Part shown: one piece after another, positions 31,398 to 41,210 of the stretch
Numbering within the stretch: position 1 is the first letter of the stretch
Layout of the letters: each line of letters begins with the position of its first letter
Assembly (NCBI GenBank): GCA_918797485.1
Contig: CAKKNE010000003.1
Location: 4,774,001-4,838,000, forward strand
DNA: 64,000 nt
Direction: 5' to 3'
DNA from: Pelagomonas calceolata
Lineage: Eukaryota
The notes under the pieces: generated by a model
What the model saw: the letters and a program-made list of their open reading frames with translations, nothing else
The model's database searches: none
Told to the model about the DNA's origin: nothing
Program-made: the position numbers and the translations under genes

Positions 31398-32892
31398 TGT
31401 TCGGTTTTACAACTGTCCAACAACCTCGAGCGAGACTGCCCCCGTACGTGACGCGAGTGTTGGGGATAAACACGTACAAAAAGATAATGCCAATAGGACA
31501 AAGTCGAAGGCGGTGGTGGGAAGATACCGGTACCGTGGCACCTGCTATGATATGGCCACGTATCCTTGTATTTACGTCTATGATGCTCCGGGTATTAACC
31601 CCAGCAGCCTTTGGCAGTTATGGAGCTGGAATCTTATATTCCTGAGCTGGGATTAGTCCCCAAGTTTATACGACCTGTTCGACCTGTCGCGGATCTGTAT
31701 GATTTGTTGGCGAGTTAAATTGTCTAACCAATTTGGCTCAGGCACTGCCAAAGGGGCTTATGGTAATTCCCCTAAAGGTGGGGTTTTCCCCGGAACTTCT
31801 TGTTCAATGAAAATAACGACCTTCCACAACAACTTGTTACTCAAGGGGTGCAAAGCACCGTACCGTTTAGGACGGGAGCACAGGGTATGTGAGGTTTGCA
31901 TCTTATAATTGTCTCCACTTCGACCCCCCCCCTACCATCCTGGCCTACCTAGAAAAGGCCGAATATACACTCGGGCACCCGCACGATGCGAGGATAGCCG
32001 CGCAATTGAGCCGTATCGTATACTTGAAGCAGGTGCATCACTTGGGCTGCCCGAGCGCCCGGAAATGCGGGATACTCTGCTTTTCAGCATAAAAAAAGAC
32101 GCACGTAGCGCCAAGATCCAGCTACAGTCGAATCCCCCACCTTCGTACGCACAAACTCTCGCCGGGCGTGCGCAGAAGCTGCCCTCCGCGCGGCTGCTAT
32201 CCTGGTACGACCGGGCGAAGCTACGTTCATCTTGGCGTATCGTAGTGGCCGTCTTAGCGTCGCGAGAGACCGATTCGAGGTTCTCGGCGTACGCGGCGAC
32301 ATAAATACATCGACGACTTTCGGGACTGAGGACAAGTGCAACCCTTTAGAAGCCACAATTGGAGCTGCGCTACGATACCAAACCCTGCGGAGCCTCACTG
32401 CAACCGAAATCGGGGCGGGAACCGTAAATGTGGCCAAGATGGTAAGGGGGGGGTCGTTGTGTCCCCAATAGTACATAATTTCCTTAAGACTCGGATATTG
32501 AACATCCAGCTACAGTTGATCCAACAGCACCTGCACCTGCTCCTAATTCACCTTCTCAACCTCCGAGACAATTACGACCAGGTACTATTCTTATACTGAT
32601 GGTATGGTTTGTTTTGGCGCGGGGGCGCGTGGTCCGGGGTCCCTGGGGTTGGCGCCCGTTGTGGCAACGGCCTCTTTTCCACTTATAAATCTCCCAAATT
32701 TTATCTTAGCTTCACTATCCTAGTCTCATTTATCTTGGTTAGATACCCGGATAGAATAGGCCTAGTGAATACGGTACTTGCTGGTACCTACGGTACCTAC
32801 GGTACCTACGGGACCTCTAAGTTGGCAAAAAAGTTGGCGTGAAGGCTGCCCATGCTCCGTCGCGGATCGCTCCGTGACTCTGGCGGTGGACC

Positions 32893-35307
32893 ATGCGTCG
32901 CTTGCTGGCCAGCCTCGGCCTCGTCGCCACCCGCGCGGAGACGCCCCCCCTCGCGCCGAATACCGTCCGCCTCGACCGGGTTTGCTTCGAGGCGGACCGA
33001 GGCGCCGTTCGCCTCGCCCTCTACGACGGCAGCGATAAGAGCGTGAACCAGCTCTGCGCGTCGCTCACGCGCTGCGAGGTCGCCCAGATTCACGACGCGT
33101 GCGCCCGCGGTGCGAACGCGACGGAGCTCGCGCGACTCTACGCAGACGTGCGTGTCGTCGAGCGCGTCGGTGCGCCATATCCGCCGCGCGGCGCGCGACA
33201 TGAACGCGCCGGCGCGTTTGTCATTTACGGCGACAGCGCTTCCCACAACATCCACTCGCAGCTCACGTCGGCGTTCGAACAGCGCCTCCTGCTCGAACGC
33301 AGCGGCGGCACGGGGCTCGATGTCGTCGTCGAGAAGGTGTTCGCCTGGGGACGCGGCGGTAAGAACAATGTTGGAGCTATCAAGGCTGCACTCCAGGACC
33401 CGACGCGCGACTGGAGTCGCGGCGTTGCGGCGGCCGCGTTCGACGGCGTCGACGTCCTGGCTTTGACAAAGTGCGGCGATGTCGGAGCCGCATGGGGCAG
33501 CTGCGACGACTCCGTCCCCGCGGCGCAGTCGGCGATGAAAAGTGTGCCGTTGTGCGTCGACGCGCTCTTTGTCGCAGCGCCGTTGACGGCAATCGGCGGC
33601 TTTCCCATTCGCCCATCGACGGGCGACGCGCTTCGCGAGCTCCGCGAGCGAACCAAGCGCCATTATGGTATCGCGTCGCGCGCGGAGCGAGCGGGCGATA
33701 GCAACGCGTCGACGCGGGTCACGCTCTTCACGCGTAACGACGCGGGGGCGCGCAAGCTCATTTACGCGCCGGAGGTGCTGACCGAGATGCGCGTCACGCG
33801 GGTCGTCGATACCCTTGTTTTGCCGCTCGCGGAGCAGATCCGCCTCTTCGACGAGGCCGACGTCTTCGTCGCCCCACATGGAAACAACAATGTCAATTCG
33901 CTCTGGATGCGACCCGGCTCGCTCTACGTCGAAGTCCGGCCGTCGTGCGCCGAGATGTGCGTGCTCGGCTGCGACAAGCGCTTCGCGCGCGCGCCCGTCG
34001 CCGGAAACGTGACATTCCTGGATCTCTTCGACGCGCCTCTCGGTGTGGCGTGCGGCATCGCCGGAACCCCTTTCGGTGCCGTGCTTCACCAGCGCACGGG
34101 CGTCCGCTTCCACGTCGTCTCGGCCTGCGTCGGCGGCAATCGCTGCATGCAGCGCGGCGCGGGGCCCGCAAAATTCTACCTCCCGGGTGGCCGCGTGGAC
34201 GATTCGCACAAAAGTTGGAAATACAACTGGAACCCGCAAGTTATTCAGGTCACGGCGGAGGTCGCCGCCGCGGTCCGCGCGGCAATCGACGCGTCTGACG
34301 ACGTCGATGCGCATGCACGCGCCATGCCGGCATCTGCGTCGTCGGTCCGCGCGACTCCCTTTGCCGTGACCTGTGGCCCCGCTGTCACGCCGCGCGCGCG
34401 AGCGGTTTTGCCGTCGCCGGTCAGCGCTCCCGCCGATGCGGTCGGTGCAGCGCAGCCGCGACCGCCGACGACCCCCGCCCCCGCCAGCGCCGTCGCGCGC
34501 GGCGAATTTGACTTGTACGCTCCCAAGTCGGCGCTCAAGGTCAACACCCAGTTTGCGGGCGAGGGTCTTTACGCGCTCGGCGACATCGTGCGTATCAACG
34601 ACGGTGGGCAGCGTTCGCGCGCCACGGGACACGCCGGCACGATCGGAGAGTTCTATGTTCGCCACGTGCCCGCGGGCGCGGCCCCAAACGCGAGCGTCCT
34701 GGCGGCGGCCGTCGACGCGGTCTGTCCCACGCTCGTGCCGGCGAACGAGAGCGCGCTGGCCGAAGTGGTTCTCCACGTTCGCGTGGGCGATGTGCTGTGT
34801 GTACGACCCAAGAATCCGCACCTCCACGTGCAGCGCCAGCCGCCACCCGTTGCGGAGGTCGCGCGCATCGTCCACGCAGTTGCTGGGACTTGTGTGGAAA
34901 TCAACCGGTACAGCATATCCTTCAAAGAGCTGCTCTCGGCCAATACTTTTTCGGCTACCTTTTGGACAGAGAGGGAGAGCGGGGAGGTCGTCAAGCATGT
35001 ACGAAGGGACCGTAAAATGTTGATTCCCATACAGGCGGGGACCGCGCCTTTGCGCATCATCTTTGGCTTCCACTTCAAAGTCTGCGAGGCCGAGTCCTAC
35101 GCGTACCTCCGCGCGCTCGCCACCGCGACGGGCGCGAAGCTCGCGGCAGAGGCGCACCCCGACGTCCATTTTTGTCATGCTGTCTACGCGGCGCTCTTCA
35201 TCCAGGGCAAGGGCGGCTACAGTCGGCTCGTCCGCGTCGTCCGGGACGCGAAACGGAAGCCGTCCGTTTTTGTAGCTGCCCTGGCTGATTTTGGGGAATC
35301 CTCCTAG
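32893..35307 (+). CDS. Secreted two-domain glycosyltransferase-like protein (GT61-like + HxRxGD fucosyltransferase-like); intron 34882-35034
   Basis: Signal peptide; PLAEQIRLFDEADVFVAPHGNNNVNSLWMRPGSLYVEV (GT61 signature); VLHVRVGDV and PDVHFC...FIQGKGGYSRL. Confidence 0.7.
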   Translation: MRRLLASLGLVATRAETPPLAPNTVRLDRVCFEADRGAVRLALYDGSDKSVNQLCASLTRCEVAQIHDACARGANATELARLYADVRVVERVGAPYPPRGARHERAGAFVIYGDSASHNIHSQLTSAFEQRLLLERSGGTGLDVVVEKVFAWGRGGKNNVGAIKAALQDPTRDWSRGVAAAAFDGVDVLALTKCGDVGAAWGSCDDSVPAAQSAMKSVPLCVDALFVAAPLTAIGGFPIRPSTGDALRELRERTKRHYGIASRAERAGDSNASTRVTLFTRNDAGARKLIYAPEVLTEMRVTRVVDTLVLPLAEQIRLFDEADVFVAPHGNNNVNSLWMRPGSLYVEVRPSCAEMCVLGCDKRFARAPVAGNVTFLDLFDAPLGVACGIAGTPFGAVLHQRTGVRFHVVSACVGGNRCMQRGAGPAKFYLPGGRVDDSHKSWKYNWNPQVIQVTAEVAAAVRAAIDASDDVDAHARAMPASASSVRATPFAVTCGPAVTPRARAVLPSPVSAPADAVGAAQPRPPTTPAPASAVARGEFDLYAPKSALKVNTQFAGEGLYALGDIVRINDGGQRSRATGHAGTIGEFYVRHVPAGAAPNASVLAAAVDAVCPTLVPANESALAEVVLHVRVGDVLCVRPKNPHLHVQRQPPPVAEVARIVHAVAGTCVEINRYSISFKELLSANTFSATFWTERESGEVVKHVRRDRKMLIPIQAGTAPLRIIFGFHFKVCEAESYAYLRALATATGAKLAAEAHPDVHFCHAVYAALFIQGKGGYSRLVRVVRDAKRKPSVFVAALADFGESS
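34882..35034 (+). mobile_element. Introner element, 153-nt in-frame GC-AG intron
   Basis: TSD gctgggac (34882-34889) / gcggggac (35035-35042). TIRs ttgtgtggaaatcaac...gttgattcccatacag. Locally AT-rich. Confidence 0.88.
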
Positions 35308-35645
35308 TACTTCTAGCTCAGGCTATTGCAATGGAAATACACGTCTAGTAGGATCCCAAGGTTCAACTGAGACGTATCCAAGCACAACCCGTACTTGTAT
35401 TACCCGCCTAGGCTACCGTAGGTACCGTAGGTACTTCCCATCCTAGGGTACTCCGATATCCCCTTAGTAGGGGGAAGTCGCCTCTCACTCCTAATTATTA
35501 TCATCCTGAGTCACCTTTTATTGACGGACGCAATTCCCCGTCACAAACCCCATCAAACATGGGAGAAACTATTTCGTTAGACGACTACACTACGCGGCTG
35601 CCGGGGAAGTCCGGAGCCACACACTCTATTTCCCTATGCATCGCA

Positions 35646-35658
35646 GGTTATGGGCCCA
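35646..35658 (+). mobile_element. Copia-type primer-binding site after an LTR end (CA|GGTTATGGGCCCA)
   Basis: GGTTATGGGCCCA is the tRNA-iMet half-molecule PBS of copia-type elements. It is preceded by CA, and the same junction occurs at 48866 and 59594. Confidence 0.7.
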
Positions 35659-36283
35659 CGCTCTGCGTGGTGTCTAACGGAACTGCCCAGAGGCATTGAA
35701 CAACCCTCCGGACGTTTTAAAACCTAACCTAAATCATTATAAAACATCACTAAACGTTATTCAATTACCAAACTCCACAAATTAATATATTAAACGCAAA
35801 ACTCAGAAGGCTCGCAATCTCGAAATTAACATAAGATGGCGGAACCTCCTGTACCAGCCGACGGCAACCCTTCTACGGAAGACCAGGGGGAAAACAAACC
35901 CTGGGACGAACTATTCGTCAACAATCCGGACGAATACTTCGGTAATACGAACTCACAAAAAGAATCGAGACCTAAAATTGGCGAACCAAAGGAGGTCGCC
36001 CTAGGTCGAATGACCTGGGGAGTGTCAAAACCGACACCCCCTACTCTCTCCGAGTCTATACAGCGAGTGTCTTTGACGCTACGGTGTAACAACAGTTCAC
36101 TATAAAACACTCTCGTAGTCAGGTCTATCCAGCCTTCAGCTGGTTAGCTAACACCCTGCTACTTTACATAACGCTGCGACATACTCTTGCTACCTACCTA
36201 CGGTACCGTAGGTACGGTACTATACGAGCTTATACAGCACCAGCTTGTACAACTTGTGAGCTTGTGCACCGGCTGATCTGATA

Positions 36284-39139
36284 ATGGGCACCGCAAGCCC
36301 TCCCGGCAAGTCAAGGACATTTCAAAGGTTATGCGTGCGCGTCGCGCTGCCTCTTGCGTTGGCCCGGCGCATGGGCGTGACCGAAGCACTAGAGCAACAA
36401 AGATTCCGCGCGTACAACCGGACGACCCTGCTGGCGGGCGTGGCCGAAGCTGCGTCCGCGAGTGGCGACGACGTCAAGAGATTCTGGCCGTTCGCGTTGC
36501 GCCACTTCGTGACGCCCGTCGCGGGCTACTACCTGTGCGATCGCTACGTCGGCGATGAGGTCGAGCGGTACGGATTGCCGCCGCCCGTCGGCGCGCGCCT
36601 CGAGCTCATGGCCGCCGCGGCTGCGGCCGTCGCTCCCTTCGCGTCCGTCTACGTGCAGGCGCGGTACGTCGAAGCCTTCGCAGCGAGCGTGGTTCCCCAC
36701 CTCCGCGCGCCCATCGTCCTCGTCACGGGCTCGGAGGAGCTGCCCCAGGTCGAGGCGTCGAATTGGACCGAGGCACTGCTTGAGGACCGGAGGATCGCGT
36801 TCTGGTTCTCGCAGAACCCTGTCTACTCCGGGCGTGCCCGCTACGGCGGGTTCCCCTACGGCGTGCGCACGGAGACGGTCCTCGGGTTCGCAAAGGCGCT
36901 GGTACGCTCGGGGGACGGGCCCCGGAGGCCCGGTCTCCAGCTGACGTACACGTCGCGGCATCGCATGAACGGTTGGATGCGAGCGGGCCTGCCCAACGGC
37001 CCGCGGCTCCCGGTGCACGCCTTCTACGACCTGCTGGCGACGGCTTCATTCGTGCTCTCGCCCTGCGGCGACCGCTGCGACACGTACCGTACGTACGAGG
37101 CGATTGGCCTCGGCGCCGTGCCGGTTGTAAACGCGCCGGAAGCCCTCTACAGCCCGGGCCTGCTCGCGGGCAGCGCCGTCTTTTTCGATTCGGCGCACCC
37201 CGAGCGCGCGGAGGCGATGCGCCGCGGCGGCACTCTCCCACCGTACGCGGAGCCGGACCGCGGCCTCGTCCAGCTCGACGCCTGGCGCGAGCGCATCGCC
37301 GCCGCGGCCGCGGCCGCGCGGGCGGGCGCCGCCGTCCCGGCGCCGGCGCCAGCCGCCGCCGCGCCGGCACCGCCCCGCCGCGTGCCGTACAAGGCGGAGC
37401 TCGGCTGGTGGCACTTCGAGCACCCGAGGCGCCGGCTCGGGGGTACGGGATCGTGCTACCCGGCGTGCTGGGGCCTTGGGAACGAGGTCGTCTACCAGTG
37501 CAAGTTCGGACGCATCGGCTGCCAGAACCCGCGCAACTGGCCCAGCATCGACGAGTACGCGGCGGGCTGGCGGCTCCTGGCGCCGTTTATGAAGCGTTTC
37601 CTCGCATCGCAGAATGCGACGGCCGACGCCACGTACGCGCGGACCGCGGTCGTCCACTTCCGGTGCAGCGACGTGCCGTTTTCGCGGCACGACGAGTACT
37701 TCCTACTCCCGCGGCGGTACTTCGACCGTGTGCGCGCATGGCTTGGGGCTCGACGAAGCGACTGGGACTCGGTCGTCATCTTGAGCTGCCCCGAGCTGCC
37801 GGCGGCGGGCGCGCCCGCGTCGCCGCTCGCGGCCGCGCGATGCGGCGACTTCGTCGACGTGATCGCAGGGTGGCTCGGTGGCGCGGCGACGATCTGCGAG
37901 CGCGATTCGGCGGTCGCGCTCGGCGCCATGCTCGGTGCCGCGGCCCTCGTGTCGACGGGCGGGTCCTTCTCGTTCGCCGCGGGCGTTGCGCGCGGCGACG
38001 GCGCGTTTTTCGCTCCCTCGCTCGCCGGCGTCGGAGACTTCCCAGAGGCCGCGCGCCTCGCGGCCGCGGTGCCCTGGGCCTCGACGGGCACCCACGATCG
38101 CCTCGGCCACGGCTGCGTGGACGACTACGCGACGTTTGACTACGCGGCAGCGCCCGCCGACGGCTGCGCGTCGGCGAGCGACCGGGGCTGGATGCCATCG
38201 CGCAAGTACCGCTGTGCGCTGACGGAGGAGGCACGCGTGGTCGCGCGTCAGGGATCGGCCCCGGCCCCGGCCCCGGCGGCCACTCCGGCCGCGCCCGCGC
38301 CGCCCCCCGGGTCGCGCGTCGTCGCGACTGGCGCGTCCAAGAGCCACGCGTGGCACCTCGCCGAGTTCGCGAAGCAGTTCCACTCGCTGCGGAGCGGCGT
38401 CCACCTCGTCGTCTACGACCTGGGTCTCGGGCCCACGGCCGGTGGCGCGCGGCGCGCGGTCGAGGCGGGGGGCGGCGAGTTCCGGACCATGCCCTGGGAC
38501 GCGCTGCCGGCGTGGATGGCGGTCGAGGGCGGCCCGCGCTACGCGGGCGAGTACGCCTTCAAGCCCTGGATCGTGGCGCGCCTCCTCGACGAGTTCGAGA
38601 GCGTGCTGTGGCTCGACGCCGGGAACCGCGTCGGCGACGCCGCCGCGCTCGACGCCGTCTTTGCCAACATCACGGCGCGCGGGCTCTGGACGACGTCGTC
38701 GGGCCCGTCGCTGGCGCGCTGGGTGCACCCCGGCATGGCGGCGCGCCTCGGTGCATCGGCGTTCGTCCGCGACCGCGGCGACGCCCTCATGTGCAACGGC
38801 GCCTTCGTGGGCTTTTCGCGCGCGTCGCCGACGTACGAGCAGGTTTTTAGGCCGTGGTTCGCTTGCTCCATGGACCTCGGCTGCCTCGCGCCGCCTGGCG
38901 CGGACCGCGCGAACCATAGGCAGGACCAGTCGGCCCTCTCGGTCCTCGCCTACCAGCACGGCCTCGGTGACCTCTGCAACCGTACCGCCACGCCGCTCGT
39001 TGGCAAACGCCAGCCCATCTGGGGGCACTTCTTCGACAAAGAATTTGACCGCTGGCCCCCGGCAAAAAAGGCCGCCTACCTCGATCGCTCTGCAAAGGAC
39101 CCGTACTGCGCCAGGTTCGGCTGCCGGCGGCGTCGGTAA
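36284..39139 (+). CDS. Multidomain glycosyltransferase-like protein (exostosin/GT47-like + HxRxxD fucosyltransferase-like + DUF1647-like)
   Basis: FVLSPCGDRCDTYRTYEAIGLGAVPVV; VVHFRCSDVPF...SFSFAAG; VVYDLGL...YAFKPWIV...VLWLDAG...NHRQDQSALSVL. Domains are separated by Pro/Ala linkers. Start codon uncertain. Confidence 0.72.
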   Translation: MGTASPPGKSRTFQRLCVRVALPLALARRMGVTEALEQQRFRAYNRTTLLAGVAEAASASGDDVKRFWPFALRHFVTPVAGYYLCDRYVGDEVERYGLPPPVGARLELMAAAAAAVAPFASVYVQARYVEAFAASVVPHLRAPIVLVTGSEELPQVEASNWTEALLEDRRIAFWFSQNPVYSGRARYGGFPYGVRTETVLGFAKALVRSGDGPRRPGLQLTYTSRHRMNGWMRAGLPNGPRLPVHAFYDLLATASFVLSPCGDRCDTYRTYEAIGLGAVPVVNAPEALYSPGLLAGSAVFFDSAHPERAEAMRRGGTLPPYAEPDRGLVQLDAWRERIAAAAAAARAGAAVPAPAPAAAAPAPPRRVPYKAELGWWHFEHPRRRLGGTGSCYPACWGLGNEVVYQCKFGRIGCQNPRNWPSIDEYAAGWRLLAPFMKRFLASQNATADATYARTAVVHFRCSDVPFSRHDEYFLLPRRYFDRVRAWLGARRSDWDSVVILSCPELPAAGAPASPLAAARCGDFVDVIAGWLGGAATICERDSAVALGAMLGAAALVSTGGSFSFAAGVARGDGAFFAPSLAGVGDFPEAARLAAAVPWASTGTHDRLGHGCVDDYATFDYAAAPADGCASASDRGWMPSRKYRCALTEEARVVARQGSAPAPAPAATPAAPAPPPGSRVVATGASKSHAWHLAEFAKQFHSLRSGVHLVVYDLGLGPTAGGARRAVEAGGGEFRTMPWDALPAWMAVEGGPRYAGEYAFKPWIVARLLDEFESVLWLDAGNRVGDAAALDAVFANITARGLWTTSSGPSLARWVHPGMAARLGASAFVRDRGDALMCNGAFVGFSRASPTYEQVFRPWFACSMDLGCLAPPGADRANHRQDQSALSVLAYQHGLGDLCNRTATPLVGKRQPIWGHFFDKEFDRWPPAKKAAYLDRSAKDPYCARFGCRRRR

Positions 39140-39632
39140 CGCAGAGCGGCGCGGCTTATTAGCTAGGGCGCCGACCACTCGTTGCCAGAGCCTGAGACGA
39201 CGTTGCACGAGCTGCACGAGCCTTAATCGATCCAAAGACAATGATGGTCATCTCGTTGAGGCCACTTTTACACCATTTCAGGGCTTTCTCTTGGGACTTC
39301 GCGAAAATCCGTTCGAGGAGCGTCCAAGGGAATACCAAATCCCCTTTTGCCGTCCCGTTCCGTCCGATATGCCCAAACTGACTCCAATTTTTATATTTTT
39401 ATATACAGTGACTCGGATCATGTGATAATTGAGTGGGCCTGAGCCAAGTGGGTTAGTTGCAATAATTAGCCCCCACTGCCAGCGCTTGCCGCCGCGATAT
39501 CAATATGTGAATTTATATGAGTGAGTGAGTGAGTCAATCAGTTCAAAAATTGCTATTGCCGATCGCGCTCATAGCACGGCCCCGGGTATATGGTTATATG
39601 TTAGTGATCATAAATTGACACAATGCCGGATG

Positions 39633-39670
39633 TTTTTAGGTCTTCCTTCAAGTTAATTTATTTATTTATT
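39633..39670 (+). mobile_element. Extreme 3' fragment of the LINE family at 59440-59490
   Basis: tttttaggtcttcctt followed by a (TTTA)n tail, with a CAAGTT insertion. Confidence 0.65.
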
Positions 39671-39950
39671 ACCATGATAGCTGATAGGTTCCCACTTTAG
39701 ACTGAGTGAGAGCACGAGGGTTAGACACGAGGGTTACTCTCTCTATCATGATTGCGCGGCCGGGGCCGTGCCCGGCAGCCCCCACCATCCGTTGCTTCCG
39801 ACTCTAAGTTTCCGTCAGAGTGCGTCACGCGCCGACCGAGGGTTCCTCGAGCACACGTGGACTTTTCATTTTCTAGGGACTTAGGGACTGCCCCCGGGCC
39901 TCAAGGAACACAGGCGCCGCCTCAGCCTCTCTGACACTGCCGCCGCAAAT

Positions 39951-40928
39951 ATGCAGCGAGCTCTTGCAGTCGTCTCGCTGGCGTTCGCATTCTCGGCGAG
40001 GGCGCTGAACCGGCCCGTGACTGCAGCCGCGGCGAGGGTCAAGCGGCTGTCGCGTGACGAGGAGATAAAGCTGGCCGACATAGCACAGCGCGCGTCGCGC
40101 CAAAAAGTAAAACGCGATGCCTTAGCGGCAGAACTGGGTCGACCGCCGACGGCGGAGGAGTGGGCCGGGCGAGTCAAAGAGCACAAATGCGCCCTCGCGC
40201 GCGCGCAGCGCAACGGCCGGCGCGCGCGCGCGGCGCTCGTCGCCGCGAACGGTGGGTTGGCGGTCGCTTTGGCCCGCGCGTACGCCAACCCGCCGTATGC
40301 GACCGCGGACGACCTCGCCCAGGAGGCCTATCTTGGCCTGGCGCGCGCGGCCGAGCGGTTCGACGGGACCCGCGGCGTGCGATTCTCGACCTACGCGACG
40401 CCGTGGGTCCGTGCCGCGTGCGCCGCGTGGCTGCGGCGGACCGCATATTCGACGCGCGTGCCCGAACGCGTCGCTACGCTCGCGGCGCGGGCGCGCCGCG
40501 CGTCGACGCGCCTCGAGGCCGCCGGCGGCGTCGCGCCGTCGCTCGACGACATCGCGCTCGCCGTGAATTCCTCCGCCGCGTCCGTCGACGCGGCGCTCGC
40601 AGCGGCCGCGCGGTCGACGGGCGCCGAACTGGACGCCCCCGCGATCGGCGACGTGAGCCTCGGCGCGACGCTCGCCGACGCAACGGAGCTGGGGGGAGGG
40701 GACCTCAGGTCGGACCTCGGCGCGGCGCTGGCCGCGGCGCTCGGCGACGACGAGCTCCGCGTCGTGCGCCTGCGGTACGGCCTCGACGACGGGATTGTCC
40801 GGTCCACGCGCGACTGCGCCCAGGTCCTGGGCGTCGGCCGCGAGACCGTGCGTCAGACGTGCCTCCGCGCGTTTCGACGCCTCCGCGGCACGCACGCCGG
40901 CGAGGCGCTCCTCGATTACGTAGACTAG
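39951..40928 (+). CDS. Nucleus-encoded, plastid-targeted sigma-70 factor
   Basis: Signal peptide; LSRDEEIKLA, DDLAQEAYLGLARAAERFD.TRGVRFSTYATPWVR; region 4 VRLRYGL...GVGRETVRQ. Confidence 0.88.
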   Translation: MQRALAVVSLAFAFSARALNRPVTAAAARVKRLSRDEEIKLADIAQRASRQKVKRDALAAELGRPPTAEEWAGRVKEHKCALARAQRNGRRARAALVAANGGLAVALARAYANPPYATADDLAQEAYLGLARAAERFDGTRGVRFSTYATPWVRAACAAWLRRTAYSTRVPERVATLAARARRASTRLEAAGGVAPSLDDIALAVNSSAASVDAALAAAARSTGAELDAPAIGDVSLGATLADATELGGGDLRSDLGAALAAALGDDELRVVRLRYGLDDGIVRSTRDCAQVLGVGRETVRQTCLRAFRRLRGTHAGEALLDYVD

Positions 40929-41210
40929 CCTCCTTGTGTAACCTGTTGTTTCCGAGCGTCGATGTCCGGTCTCCGTAGACGGTCTCCGACTTTTTACCGA
41001 CTACAAGACAACTACATGGAGCCCTGAGGGCGAATGATGGGCATTGAATGAACTTGAATTCCCCGCGACACTGACGACGTCTGTATTTGGCCCGAACCAA
41101 GGCTGACGACGGGCCTAAACCCGCGCACGCTATTGGAAGCTAGGCCCGTAAGACACTAGCAAGCAAGCGGGGAGCGGCCGCGGCGCGCCATAGGCCGAAG
41201 CCCTCTGAAT

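Noticed and set aside
31860..32480. Short ORFs in AT-richer spacers (also 29640-30060 and 47750-48500)
   Set aside because: No recognisable motifs or host codon bias. They are probably decayed TE sequence, but I cannot assign them.
39951..40928. Sigma-70 gene as bacterial contamination or recent HGT
   Set aside because: It has a signal-peptide leader, host codon usage and eukaryotic neighbours; nuclear-encoded plastid sigma factors are normal in algae.
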